The notes below the pieces were generated by a model that was given only the letters and a program-made list of their open reading frames with translations, did no database searches and was not told the origin of the DNA. DNA of 62,944 nt, counting the filler, from Pelomyxa schiedti (lineage: Eukaryota; Protista; Evosea), in the NCBI GenBank assembly GCA_020536535.1. It is 7 parts of 7 records of this genome, joined end to end, with 100 filler letters (N's around TTAATTAATTAA, not from the genome) between each part and the next. Parts side by side here need not be neighbours in the genome. Positions count along the whole stretch, not along the records: positions 22,397 to 48,507 come from JAHLWZ010000760.1; 6 more parts are not named here. The stretch is one strand, 5' to 3'. Position numbers and translations under genes: made by a program. Shown in pieces: positions 25,701 through 36,988 of the stretch (its first letter is position 1; every line of letters begins with the position of its first letter).

Positions 25701-27775
25701 TTCTCTCTAAATAACTGTTTGTTTGTCATTAAAACCTCACATAGAAAACACACCACAATTCCGAAATAAACGTTCCTGGGAGTGAAAGTTCCCAAGATTC
25801 TCTGGCATCATCGTCTGCAAGTGTGCACAGCTGTGGCAGTGCTGAGCGGGAAAAGCAGCGCGAGCGTGTTGTATGTTGCTCTCTATTTTCACATCACAAG
25901 TCACTCACCCCAAAAAATAAAGATGCTGCTTCAACCTACCCGCGGTAAGTTTCCCTGTTGTTGTGTCACACTTCTCCATTTACATTGTTCTTCCTTTTGG
26001 AAAATTCAGAGCACAGTGAAGACCCGAAGCGGGAGTCATCAAGTTTGATGCATTTGGATGCCACACAAAGCCAAAGCAGCCAAGCGGGAAGTTCTTTCAG
26101 ACATGCTCGAAGAAATGCGAACACAAAAATGGTTCCTGTGGTGTCTCCAGTTCACCCCACTACCACAAAGGTAAATTTCAAAACAATATCTTGAGTACGC
26201 CGATACTTACCACTCATCAGGTCGGACCACCACTTCCAACACCTCAGACCCCTTCCCAACCAAGCGGTTATGCAGTAACCACTCCAATCAATTTTCCCCA
26301 ACTGACATTATTTCAGCCGATTAAAGAACTTGAATCTGTACAAAGTGAGCTTGAAGACTGGAAATCCAAGTGCACTGTTTTCAGAGAACAAGCAGAACTC
26401 AACACAACAAAACTTCTGTCGTGCCAAGAGTTGGTTGAACAACTCCAGAGGGACAATAAATCGCTGGTACTTTACCCAATATGCATCACAACACTAAAAC
26501 CAGCCAACTAACTCGCACCCAAGACAGAAGAAATCAATCACTTGAAAACCAATAACGAAGAAACAGATAAGACGCTGTTACAGGCAAAAAAAACCCTCTG
26601 CATCGGCTGCTTCTACGTATTAATTTCCCAAATAGGCACAAGAGGATCTGGAAGAATGTAAGGGCCTACTGGCGGAAGAACAGAAAAAATCGGCAAAGTT
26701 CAAGGCAAGCCTCAAACAAACCAGAAAACAGAACAAAGAAACAGCATCACTTTTGGAAACTGCGGTAAGAGCCATTTTGTTTCTTTTTTTTTTTCTTTTC
26801 TAAACTTATTTTCCAGATGGGAAAAGAAAAATCTGTGGCTCAGGAGCTGAAAAAGTTTAACTTTCCCCCCAACATCACATTTCCCTCCCATTGACATTTA
26901 ATAATAAGATTCAAGATTGCCGTTGGGGCACCGGGCACAACTTCCGATGAAAGGCATGCAACACACCACACTCACGTCATGAAAAGTAACCCATCATTGA
27001 CAGCAACTTTTCAGTGGCAGACATCACAGCCGCGTTTCAACTGGCACTCTCGCGAATCAATGAACTCACTGCGAACCAATACATGGTGGCCACCGGGTTT
27101 GTTCTTCCCCCATTTGTTACACACACCACATTGAGACAAAGCTCACCAAGATAATAATTCCGCCCACACAGACCCAACAACAACCGGAAATACAAGAGAG
27201 TGAGGTCACTTACACTCCAAGGAGGCACCCCAACATTTTCCTGGATTCCAAACAATAACTTTCCACCCCTGCAACCTCGTTTCAACGCAAATACAATTCG
27301 GAACAGAGCAACAACTCCCACAAACTGCACAACATCAACTCAACAACAATCACAACCACAATCACAACAAAACAGCGCCACCAACAGCAACATCATCATC
27401 CCACAAGCAACATTTTTCCTGCCACCGTCCGGCAATTCACTCACACCCCCGCCGCTAATAACAGCAACAACAAACACCAACGCACTATCTGCAACAACAA
27501 CAGCGGCCGGATCGAGGCCATCAACGCCATCAACAACATCATCATCCCCAACAGGATCGAGGCCAACAACTCCTTCGTCATCGTTAAAGCCAACAGGCAC
27601 ACCACCACAACCATCAGCCTCATCGAAATCCAACACCACCAGCAACAGCACAGATACTAATCCATCGATGGCCCAACAAACAACAGTAGCAAACCCACGG
27701 GGCAACAAACACAAATCACACAGAAAACGCGCAAGCAACACAAACAGAACAACAGCAACCAACAAACAATCATGA
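22707..27775 (+). CDS. DOCK-family (DHR-2) Rho/Rac GEF with coiled-coil and Ser/Thr tail, multi-exon
   Basis: HFGEGKYWEWAL, RLFEQYFLV, KFIMRGDEGER..FVKKLQARFSKAKII, FVYTKPFMK, HSFPYLLRRAEIV, PLENACDSL, GVVDAAVSGGVKHY. Confidence 0.8.
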
Positions 27776-27882
27776 AAGAAGAGAGGAGAATACACACCCT
27801 CATGAGCTCATCAGTGATGAATTTCAGTAGTTCCTTTGTTACGGACCACCAACTGCCTAATTAAAAGTTCATCGTTGAACCA

Positions 27883-30506
27883 ATGGCAACAACGCGTGGT
27901 GTTGTTGAGTTTGTTGCGAACGCGAAGTTGTCTAGCGGTGTGTACACAGGTCGGCTGGTCAACAACAAACGCGACGGCAGGGGCAAGATGACGTTTCAGG
28001 AGCGGCTCAGCTCCTACGACGGCGATTGGAGGGACAACATGATGCACGGCCGAGGGGTTGTGACGACACCCGAAGGTACGTACGATGGCGAGTTCCGAGA
28101 CAACGACGTGGATGGGTGGGGTGTGTTCCGATTCACAGGCGAGGCATGTTGGGGTGAGGGCGTGTGGCGTCGGGGTACACTCACGAGGGGAACGCGGCAC
28201 GACTCAAACGGGGTCGACGTGAAGGAGGGCGAGTGGGCTGTGAATGAAGCGACAAAGCGCATGATACAACAAGGGTGGGGCGTGTGGAGGAAGAGGATGA
28301 TGATCAACCGTGATGGTGGGCACTACACGGAAGCTACTGCTGCCGCCAAGCTGAACGCGCAAGCTGTGATGGTGACTGTGTATGAGGGCGAGTGGAACAA
28401 CGACCAGAGGCACGGGCACGGGATGTGGAGGTCACCGGAAACAGGCACGATCTACTGTGGTGAGTGGGACCACGATGTGATGAGCGGAACAGGGAGGATG
28501 CTCATTGGTGACAACAGCCGCTACAAAGACCCAGGAGGGAGCTACGTGGGTGGCATGAAGGATGGAGAGTTCCATGGGGAGGGTGTGAGGTTGTTGTCAA
28601 ACGGCGACAGGTATCAGGGACACTGGGAGCATGACAAGGAGCACGGGAACGGGACGAAGAGGTGGGCCAGGGATGGGTCATCGTTCACTGGTGTGTGGGA
28701 GAGGGGTGTCCCTGTCAAGGGAACAATGGAGTGGCCAAACGGTGACATGTTCACTGGCACATTCACAGACGAAACAGTTGGAGAGGGTGTCATGTCACTC
28801 TCACAATTGCACAGCAACGATAGAGAGAGGTCAGCCGAGCTTGGGAACAACAAAATAAAGGGGAGCCTGAGAGGCAACACATTCCACGGAGCTGATGGTG
28901 CCGCCTTGCACGTGATGGGATCGTCACTGCCACACTTGTATCACAGTCAACTCCTCAAGGTGTTCACTCCTCTATCCCTCTAAAACAGACATAACAGAAG
29001 AGTAAAAAAAAACCCAGAAAGTGCAAGAGGAACACAACAACGAGTGGGAAACTGAAAGAAATAAATGGAACATGGAAAGGGCACGGCTTCAGACCAAGTT
29101 GAATGCAGCAGAACTGTCGATCAAGGTGTGCAGCCACCTGGGTTCTTCCTCATAACAATAAAAAATAGGAATTGACCAAACAAAGAGCACTGGAAGAAGA
29201 TGATTCATTACCATTTCTTGTGGTTCACGACACTTCAACTGTTGGAGCAAGCCAGCAGCAACACGAGCCATCACGGGCACTGTCTGAACTTAGCACAGCA
29301 TTCAAGTTTGCCACCAAGTTACGATCGCAGTTGAAAAACGCAGCCCCATTGTTGATTTCAATGGAGGAGTCCGTTTCTGAACTGAAGCGGTCCCTTGAAA
29401 GTGCCACAGAAAGGAACCAGGCCCTTGATATTCACTTGAGGGGACTGGCAAATCTGAGGGAAGCACTTGAAAAGGCAGTTGAGGAGTCAGACACAAGGTG
29501 TACGGAGATTCTCGGCCAAACACTGACAGTGGAGACCAGCGAGTCAGAGATACAGCAGTGCTCCAGGAACATCTCATCATTGATGAAGAAGCTTCTGGTA
29601 ATCAAGCCATGTAACAATGCAGATCAACAAGGACGAGAACTTCCATCCAAAGGTAAATTTCAGTGATAAAACGACACACCCACACACACACAGATATCAA
29701 CAAGTTGATTACTCTCAAACCGTGGTTGAATGTCAAAACTCTGGAACATTCTCCACCATCTTCCTCAGCAGCAGAGCCATTCACAACATTACTGAGAGAG
29801 ATCACTGAAACGTCTTTGACTTTCCTGACACAAGGGGGATGCCTCAAGTTTGACAACTGCAACAATGTCTCTGAGCAGCACACAGTGTTGCACAAGGAGT
29901 GCCGATCACAGGCAACACTGGGTCAGGAACTCCACAAGGAAATCGAGGACCTCCTTGCAACGTGCCAGGGGCTCAATGAGGCATACAAACGCAAGTACAT
30001 GGTGATGCGTGGTCTTGAGGGTGACGAGCAGTTCATGTCGCACCCTGATGTGTGGTCTCAGCTCTCTGAGTTGCTCCCTCGTTCACTTCAGTCGTTGATG
30101 GATGTAACGTTGTCCAAGTGCTCATCCTCATCGACAATAACGCAACAATCACAGCCTCTCCCTCCTTCTACAGCAACAAAAACGCAGCAGCCAGGATGCA
30201 CGCAGGGCTCTGGAATCTTCACAACAACAGCAACCACAACTGGTGAGCCCACCAGCAACCAAGTGACCAACAACACTGGTCTGATGAGCAGCACGATCAG
30301 CATAGAGTGCATTGTGTGTGATGAGAGGCCACGCAGTGTCAGGTTCCACCCTTGTGGCCATGGTGTCTGCTGCTCTGAGGTACTGTAACAATAACAAAAA
30401 GCAAACACAACTAATCGACAACACAAAAACGTAGTGTGCGTCAAATGTGAGGAAGTGCCCGTTCTGTCGTTCTCTGATCCAACAGAAACAAAAGTTGTTC
30501 CTCTGA
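27883..30506 (+). CDS. MORN-repeat - coiled-coil - RING (C3HC4) protein, putative E3 ligase
   Basis: Many YxGxW..HGxG MORN repeats and a heptad region. RING CIVCDERPRSVRFHPCGHGVCCSE|CASNVRKCPFCR spans a GT-AG intron. Stop at 30504-30506. Confidence 0.85.
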
Positions 30507-30549
30507 AACAAAAAAAATTGCTTGAGAAGTGTCCTGTGTACTTCCACCA

Positions 30550-31331
30550 AGTTGAGAACGCGAAGTTGGCTGTCGGTGTGTACACAGGTCGGATGGTCAA
30601 CAACAAACGAGACGGCAGGGGCAAGTTCACGTGGCAGAAAAAGGACGGGCAGCACACCTACGACGGCGACTGGAGGGTCAAACTGGTGCACGGCCGAGGG
30701 ACTTACACTGGCCAGACGGTGGGACGTACGACGGCGAGTGGAGCGACGGCATCAGGGACGGGTGGGGTGTGGAGTGCCTCGCAGGTGGGGGGCAGACTCA
30801 CGAGGGGAACGTGGCGCGACCCAAACGGGGTCGACGTGAAGGAGGGCGAGTGGGTTTGGAATGAGTCCACGAACTCCTACAAACTACAAGGGTGGGGCGT
30901 GTGGAGGAAGGGGATGATCGACTTGGGTTCGGGTACCTACACTGAAGCAACAGGATCTGCTGCTGCCAAGCGTGATTTCTTGTGGTGAACGACACTTCAA
31001 CTGTTGAAGCAAGCCAACACCAACACGAGCCATCACAGGCACTGTCTGAACTGAACACAACATTCAAGGTTGCCACCAAGTTACGATCACAGTTGAAAAA
31101 CGCAGCACCTTTGTTGGTCTCACTTGAGGAGTCAGTCTCATCACTGAAGCAGTCCCTTGAAAGTGCCACAGAAAGGAACCAGGAACTGGCCGTTCACTTG
31201 AGCGAACTGGCAAATCTGAGAGAGGCACTCGACAAGGCAGTTGAGGAGTCTGAAACAAGGTGCAAGGAAATTCTTGGGCAAACATTGACAGTGGAGAGCA
31301 GTGCGTCCGAGATACGGCAGTGCTCCAGAAG
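30550..31331 (+). pseudogene. Degenerate MORN-RING paralog (5' part), frameshifted, internally deleted, cut by the transposon
   Basis: DNA similarity to 27915-28350 fused to the 29210-29570-like region. Homology ends at the CATAAC TIR. Confidence 0.8.
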
Positions 31332-32280
31332 CATAACTGGCGCACGGTGGCGCACTTTGAACCACAGGAAAATTGCTCTGTAAAACACAAAGTGCGCCGA
31401 TTTTCGCACATCTGCGCCAGTGTACCACTGGCGCACTTCAGGTCACGTGAAAAGTCCTCTTCCAAAACACAAAGTGCACCGCGGCGCACTTCGCGACAAG
31501 TAATTTGGTGATTCGTGCCGATGAAAAGGGTCATCGTTATTGGCCCCCCAGCAACCGTTTGGCACAAAAACCACCAGACTGGAGACCCCTTTGCACAACA
31601 CACCCAACCACACCACTCACTGCGCGGTGTGACCACACAGCAGCAAGAACCACATCGATTTTTTTTTGGATACAAAATCAATTTTTTGATGGGTCTTGTT
31701 CTCGGTCTGGTGTTGGTTCCCACTGTTGGCAGTGGTGTCATTGTACGCCCCATAACAATGGGTACATATTCCCGTTGTCGGTGTGTTGTTCGGTTGCTGT
31801 GGGAGGGAGAACCAGCCCTCTTCCCAAATTCGGCTCAGTTCACTTTCACAGAAAACAATCTACTCTTGATTGGTTTCGTTCTCCCTCTGGTGTTCGTTCC
31901 CATTGTTGCCAGTAGTACGGCTCTGTACCTCATGACAAGAGGTACATAGTTCCGGTGTTTTTGCGGTGTTTGGTTGATATTGTATGGAGAACCAGCCTTA
32001 GCAATGTTCCTCCAATCTGCTGATCTCTCATTCGTTCTCCCTCTGGTGTTGGTTCCCACTGTTGCTTGTAGTGCGGTTCTGCACCCCATAACAAGGGGTA
32101 CATAGTACCCTTGTTGTTGCGGTGTTTGGTTGATGTGGGATGGAGAACCAGTCTTAGCAATTTTCCCATAAACTTGATGGGCTGGATTCAGGGAATCTCG
32201 TTTGTGGGACAACTAACTAATCATGGCCCTCTTCAGTGAGTTCATGAACAGATACCCTTTCTGTACTCCACAAGTGGAAA
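31332..32280 (+). mobile_element. Truncated left arm of a TIR DNA transposon
   Basis: Starts CATAACTGGCGCACGGTGGCGCACTTTG and is a close copy of 33486-~34530. Confidence 0.75.
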
Positions 32281-33483
32281 CTTGAACACAGCATTCAAGG
32301 TTGCCACCAAGTTACGATCGCAGTTGAAAAACGCAGCACCTTTGTTGGTCTCACTTGAGGAGTCAGTCTCATCACTGAAGAAGTCCCTTGAAAGTGCCAC
32401 TGAAACGAACCAAGCACTTGCTGTTCACTTGAGCGAACTGGCAAATCTGAGGGAGGCACTTGAAAAGGCAGTTGAGGAGTCTGAAACAAGGTGCAAGGAG
32501 ATACTTGGGCAAAAACTGACAGTGGAGAGCAGTGAGTCAGAGATACGGCAGTGCTCCAGAAATATTTCATTGTTGATGCAAAAACTTCTTGGAATCAAAC
32601 CGTCATCATCATCAATCAATGAAGAACAACGAGGCACAATACCAGTCCAAGGTAAGCATCATACAATTCTTCAACTGCTCCAACGATGCACACAGACATC
32701 AACAAGTTGATGACTCTCAAACCATGGTTGCAGTTGCAAACCTTGTTGGAACAATATCCACCCTCCTCCTCTTCTTCATTGGAGCCTTTATCGCTGCTGG
32801 TGAGAGAGATCACACATACGTTTGACAGCTGTAGCAAGGTCATCGAGCAGCACACACTGTTCCAGAAGGAGTGTGATTCACAATTCACCCTGTGTCAAGG
32901 TCTCCATGATGAAATCGGGGAGCTCTTTGCAGCATGCCAGGGCCTCAACGAGGGATACTCACGCAAGTACATGGTGATGCGTGGTCTTGAGGGTGACGAG
33001 AGTTTCATGTCGCACCCTGATGTGTGGCATCAGCTCTCCGAGTTGCTGCCTCGTGCACAACAGGTGGTCATGGATATCACATTGGCAAAGTTCACGTCAG
33101 GGAAAGTGCCACCAGGTTCCCAGCAGCAGGCTGGGTGCACTGCTTCTGGCTCTGCCTCCATCCCACCGAGAAGCACAACAGAAACGGCAACAAACAGCAG
33201 CATTCACCCACAACCACAAAAGCAAGGAGGGATCAACATCACAACACTGATTGCATCGTGTGCGATGAGAGGCCACGCAACGTCATGTTCCATCCATGTG
33301 GCCACACTGTCTGCTGTTCTGAGGTATTTACCGCCACCATCACAACCCACACAACAGTCATCACCAAAACTAACTGTGGTGCCACCAACAACAACACCAC
33401 GACAACAACACAAACAGTGCTCATCGAACGTGAGGAAGTGCCCATTCTGCCGTGCTCAAATCCAGCACAAGTTGGTCCTCTGA
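32281..33483 (+). pseudogene. MORN-RING paralog, 3' half (coiled coil + RING), frameshift before the RING
   Basis: Homologous to 29290-30506 including introns. The RING (DCIVCDERPRNVMFHPCGH..KCPFCR) is out of frame with the upstream exon. Confidence 0.78.
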
Positions 33484-33485
33484 TC

Positions 33486-36400
33486 CATAACTGGCGCACG
33501 GTGGCGCACTTTGAACCACAGGAAAATTGCTCTGTAAAACACAAAGTGCGCCGACCATTTTTTGGGTCGGCGCAGTTTCGAACTGCGCCCGGCGCACTTT
33601 GTGTTTTTTTTTTCCGAGAAATCGAAACCCAAAGTGCGCCGATTTTCGCACATCTGCGCCAGTGTACCACTGGCGCACTTCGGGTCACGTGAAAAGTCCT
33701 CTTCCAAAACACAAAGTGCGCCGCGGCGCACTTGTCGACAAGTAATTTGGTGATTCGTGCCGATGAGAAGGGTCGTCGTTCTTGGCCCCACAGCAACCGT
33801 TTGGCACAAAAACCACCAGACTGGAGACCCCTTTGCACAACACACGCAACCACATCACTCACTGCGCGGTGTGACCACACAACAGCAAGAACCACATCGA
33901 TTTTTTTTTGGATAAAAATCGATTTTTTGATGGGTCTTGTTCTCGGTCTGGTGTTGGTTCCCACTGTTGGCAGTGGTGTCATTGTACGCCCCATAACAAT
34001 GGGTACATATTCCCGTTGTCGGTGTGTTGTTCGGTTGCTGTGGGAGGGAGAACCAGCCCTCTTCCCAAATTCAGTTCACATTCACAGAAAACATATCTAA
34101 TCTGATTGGCTTCGTTCTCCCTCTGGTGTTGGTTCCCATGGTTGCCAGTAGTACGGCTCTGTACCTCATAACAAGAGGTACATAGTTCCGTTGTTTTTGC
34201 AGTGTTTGGTTGATATTGTATGGAGAACCAGTCTTAGAAATGTTCCTGCAATTCACTGATCTGTCTGTTGATCTCTCCATTCGTTCTCCCTCTTGTTGCT
34301 TATAGTGCGGTTCTGTACCCCATAACAAGGGGGACATAGCACCGTTGTTGTTGCGGTGTTTGGTTGCTGTTGGATTGAGATTATGGGCCGACGGAATCAG
34401 GGAATCTTGGCTTGATGACTGAGTGCCAAGTTGGACAACTATTTCTGGCCATTCAGGAACCAGCGAGTTCATTCTAACAGATACCAGTGAACTCACCCTT
34501 TGTGTTCTCCACAAAGTATACGAACTTGGATTACTGAGGACTGAGTGGAATCTTATATTGTCAAAAAACAAACAAGGATGTTATCTTTGTGTCTTCGTTA
34601 TCTCAGGCAGTTTAGGGGTAGATTCTGCGGTAATAATCTAAGGTCAAGGTCAGTGCTCTGCACAGCTGGATGCACGAATACAGCAATAGGAACGTGGCAC
34701 ACAGTTTAACATGTTTGATTACATCCACACTTGAGAATTGATTTGAACATCACAGCCTTTTAACCCAACCCCACAAACTCTTAATTCTCTCACTCCATTT
34801 GGTTTCTTCCTCTGTGGTACTGTTAGCTTCTGTGGGCTCGAGAATAAGTCCCACAGAGGAAGAAAACGAGTGAGAGTGAAGAGAATAAAGAGTGTTCTCT
34901 TGTTTGTTTGGTCGTTGTTGTTGTAAGAGGGTAAAAAGGGAGTGTGTAAAATCTCGCAGAGCGGTTGTGCGATTGGGTTAAAAGGCTGCGATGTTCAAAT
35001 GGATTCTCGGACAAGTGTGCATGTGATCAAAACCGCCTGCCGCGTTCTTATTGCTGTATTTGTGCGCCCAGCTGCGCTGTGCGCTGATCATTACATTCGC
35101 TGTCTCATTCTGGTAATAGTCCAGATTCGGCTCAGTCCTCAGTCTCTCCAATCCCGCAAAAGCGCGCCAGACTTCAGAGCCTCGCGAGCAAGGCCGAGTT
35201 CGTGTACTTTGTGGAAGTACACAGTACTTATTCTCAAGCCCACAGAATCTACCCTTAAACTGCCTGAGATAACGAATCACACACGAATCCTTAAACCACA
35301 CATCTTGTGTTTCAACAGGTATTACACAACCTTGAGCTCAACCTTCAGGGACTCAGCAGTACACACAAGGATCTGAGGTGCACTTGAGGGAATTTCTGGA
35401 ATAAGGGAGTGTCAACTCAGGACACACTGGCAGAACTCATCAGGCTTGAAGTTGTTGTTTCCCTGCCTGCGTTCTCAACGTGGCCTCAAAGCTCACCACA
35501 CCAACCAAATACTTATTCATGATTTGCTCTCTGGGCGACTTCCATTCTGTTCCTTAGAACGTAAAACTTGATTACAGAGCCCAACTCCAATTGTGGGAAG
35601 TGTTGGTTCCCACTGAGACTCACAGTGGCCACCCTGGGCAGTTAGAATCCACCAAACACAGCCTGGTTAACTTGTGGCGCACCTTGGACCACAGGGTTTT
35701 GACTGGAACACAAAGTGCGCCACTTGGGTTCCTAGTGGCGCACTTCGTACACTGTATTGTACAGCAGGATTTTCCATTCCTCGGCGCACTTTGTGTTGGA
35801 GTGGAAAAAAATTCACTCAAACTGTGTGTCTATTGCAGGGAACTGAAGGTTCTCTTGTGCTTTACCTCACAGGAACCCAAGCTTACACTGTCCACACTGA
35901 GCTCAGTGAAATCAGAAATCAAACAGATCCAGAGTATTAACAACCACCCTATTTCCTCCAGAAACACCCCAACAGCAGGAAACAGTGGGACAGGTTACCC
36001 CTTTGTTCCAAGGCATGACGCACACATCATTGCCAACAGTTGAGAAAGACACAATTGAGGGTGATGGGTCTGTGTTGTGTCATGTCTGCAATTTCTGCTC
36101 CCTGCTGGGATACCTCCATGGCATAGATAGGGATGGATGGGATCTGGAATCAGTGGCATCACCAATTGACACGGAGAGTGAACGACAATCAGCAGCACTC
36201 ACAAGTTCACGTTTCCCGGCATCGGCATTGAGAAAACACAAAGTGCGCCCCTCGGCGCACTTTGGGACCGACGGTTGACATGACACAAAGTGCGCCAAGT
36301 GGCACCATGGCGCACTTTGTGTCATGTCGTTGGCCCAGTCAAAAAACACAAAGTGCGCCGGTCGGTCGGCGCACTTTGTGTTCGTGGTGGTAGAGTGTTG

Positions 36401-36683
36401 TGGTTCACTTGGGAAACATGTTGTTCAGTTGTTTGAGCCAGTGTACAACACGAAAAACGTTGGGGGCACACGATTCCCACCATTTATTCATCCTTTTTAC
36501 AAAATCGAAGAAATCCACATCAAAGTTACATAACACAAAGTTGCGCCGCGGCGCACTTTGTGTCACGTGGTTTTTCAGAGTCGGTTCGCCAAAGAGCGCA
36601 TTTGGCGCACTTTGTGTTCAATGTCCGCTCAGGCGCACTTTGAGACAATGAAACACAAAGTGCGCCACCGTGAACCAGTTATG
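33486..36683. mobile_element. Non-autonomous TIR DNA transposon, 3.2 kb, CA...TG ends, many subterminal repeats
   Basis: 28-bp TIRs with 2 mismatches: CATAACTGGCGCACGGTGGCGCACTTTG / CAAAGTGCGCCACCGTGAACCAGTTATG. More than 20 AAAGTGCGCC/GGCGCACTT motifs near both ends. No transposase recognised. Confidence 0.8.
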
Positions 36684-36988
36684 AAGCACCAAGTCAGATC
36701 GTCTTGCTGCAGTCAGCACCAAATGAGAGGAGACAAGTGCATAAACAATGAACTCAGTTAGTTAATCCTGGGTGCGTTGGTCCCTTCCCGGTTGGCTAAT
36801 CGACTTCTGTGTCTGACTTAGTGGTATGGAGAGATTCCCCACTTAGGGTTTCAGGTACCAATTTGGGCACGAATTCAGCTCTCCAATGCATACAAATTGT
36901 GTTAAACCTCCCAGAGCCATCCAAATTGGGGAATGTGGGCACACTTTGGTTTCAGGGTCACTTTGAGGAGGAGCGGCGGAAATGGGGG

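Noticed and set aside
34823-36278. Short ORFs inside the transposon as a transposase
   Set aside because: No DDE or other recognisable motif; frames are short and interrupted.
33486-36683. GTGCGCC palindromic repeats as a CRISPR or REP array
   Set aside because: Irregular spacing, both orientations, bounded by TIRs, no cas genes, eukaryotic context.
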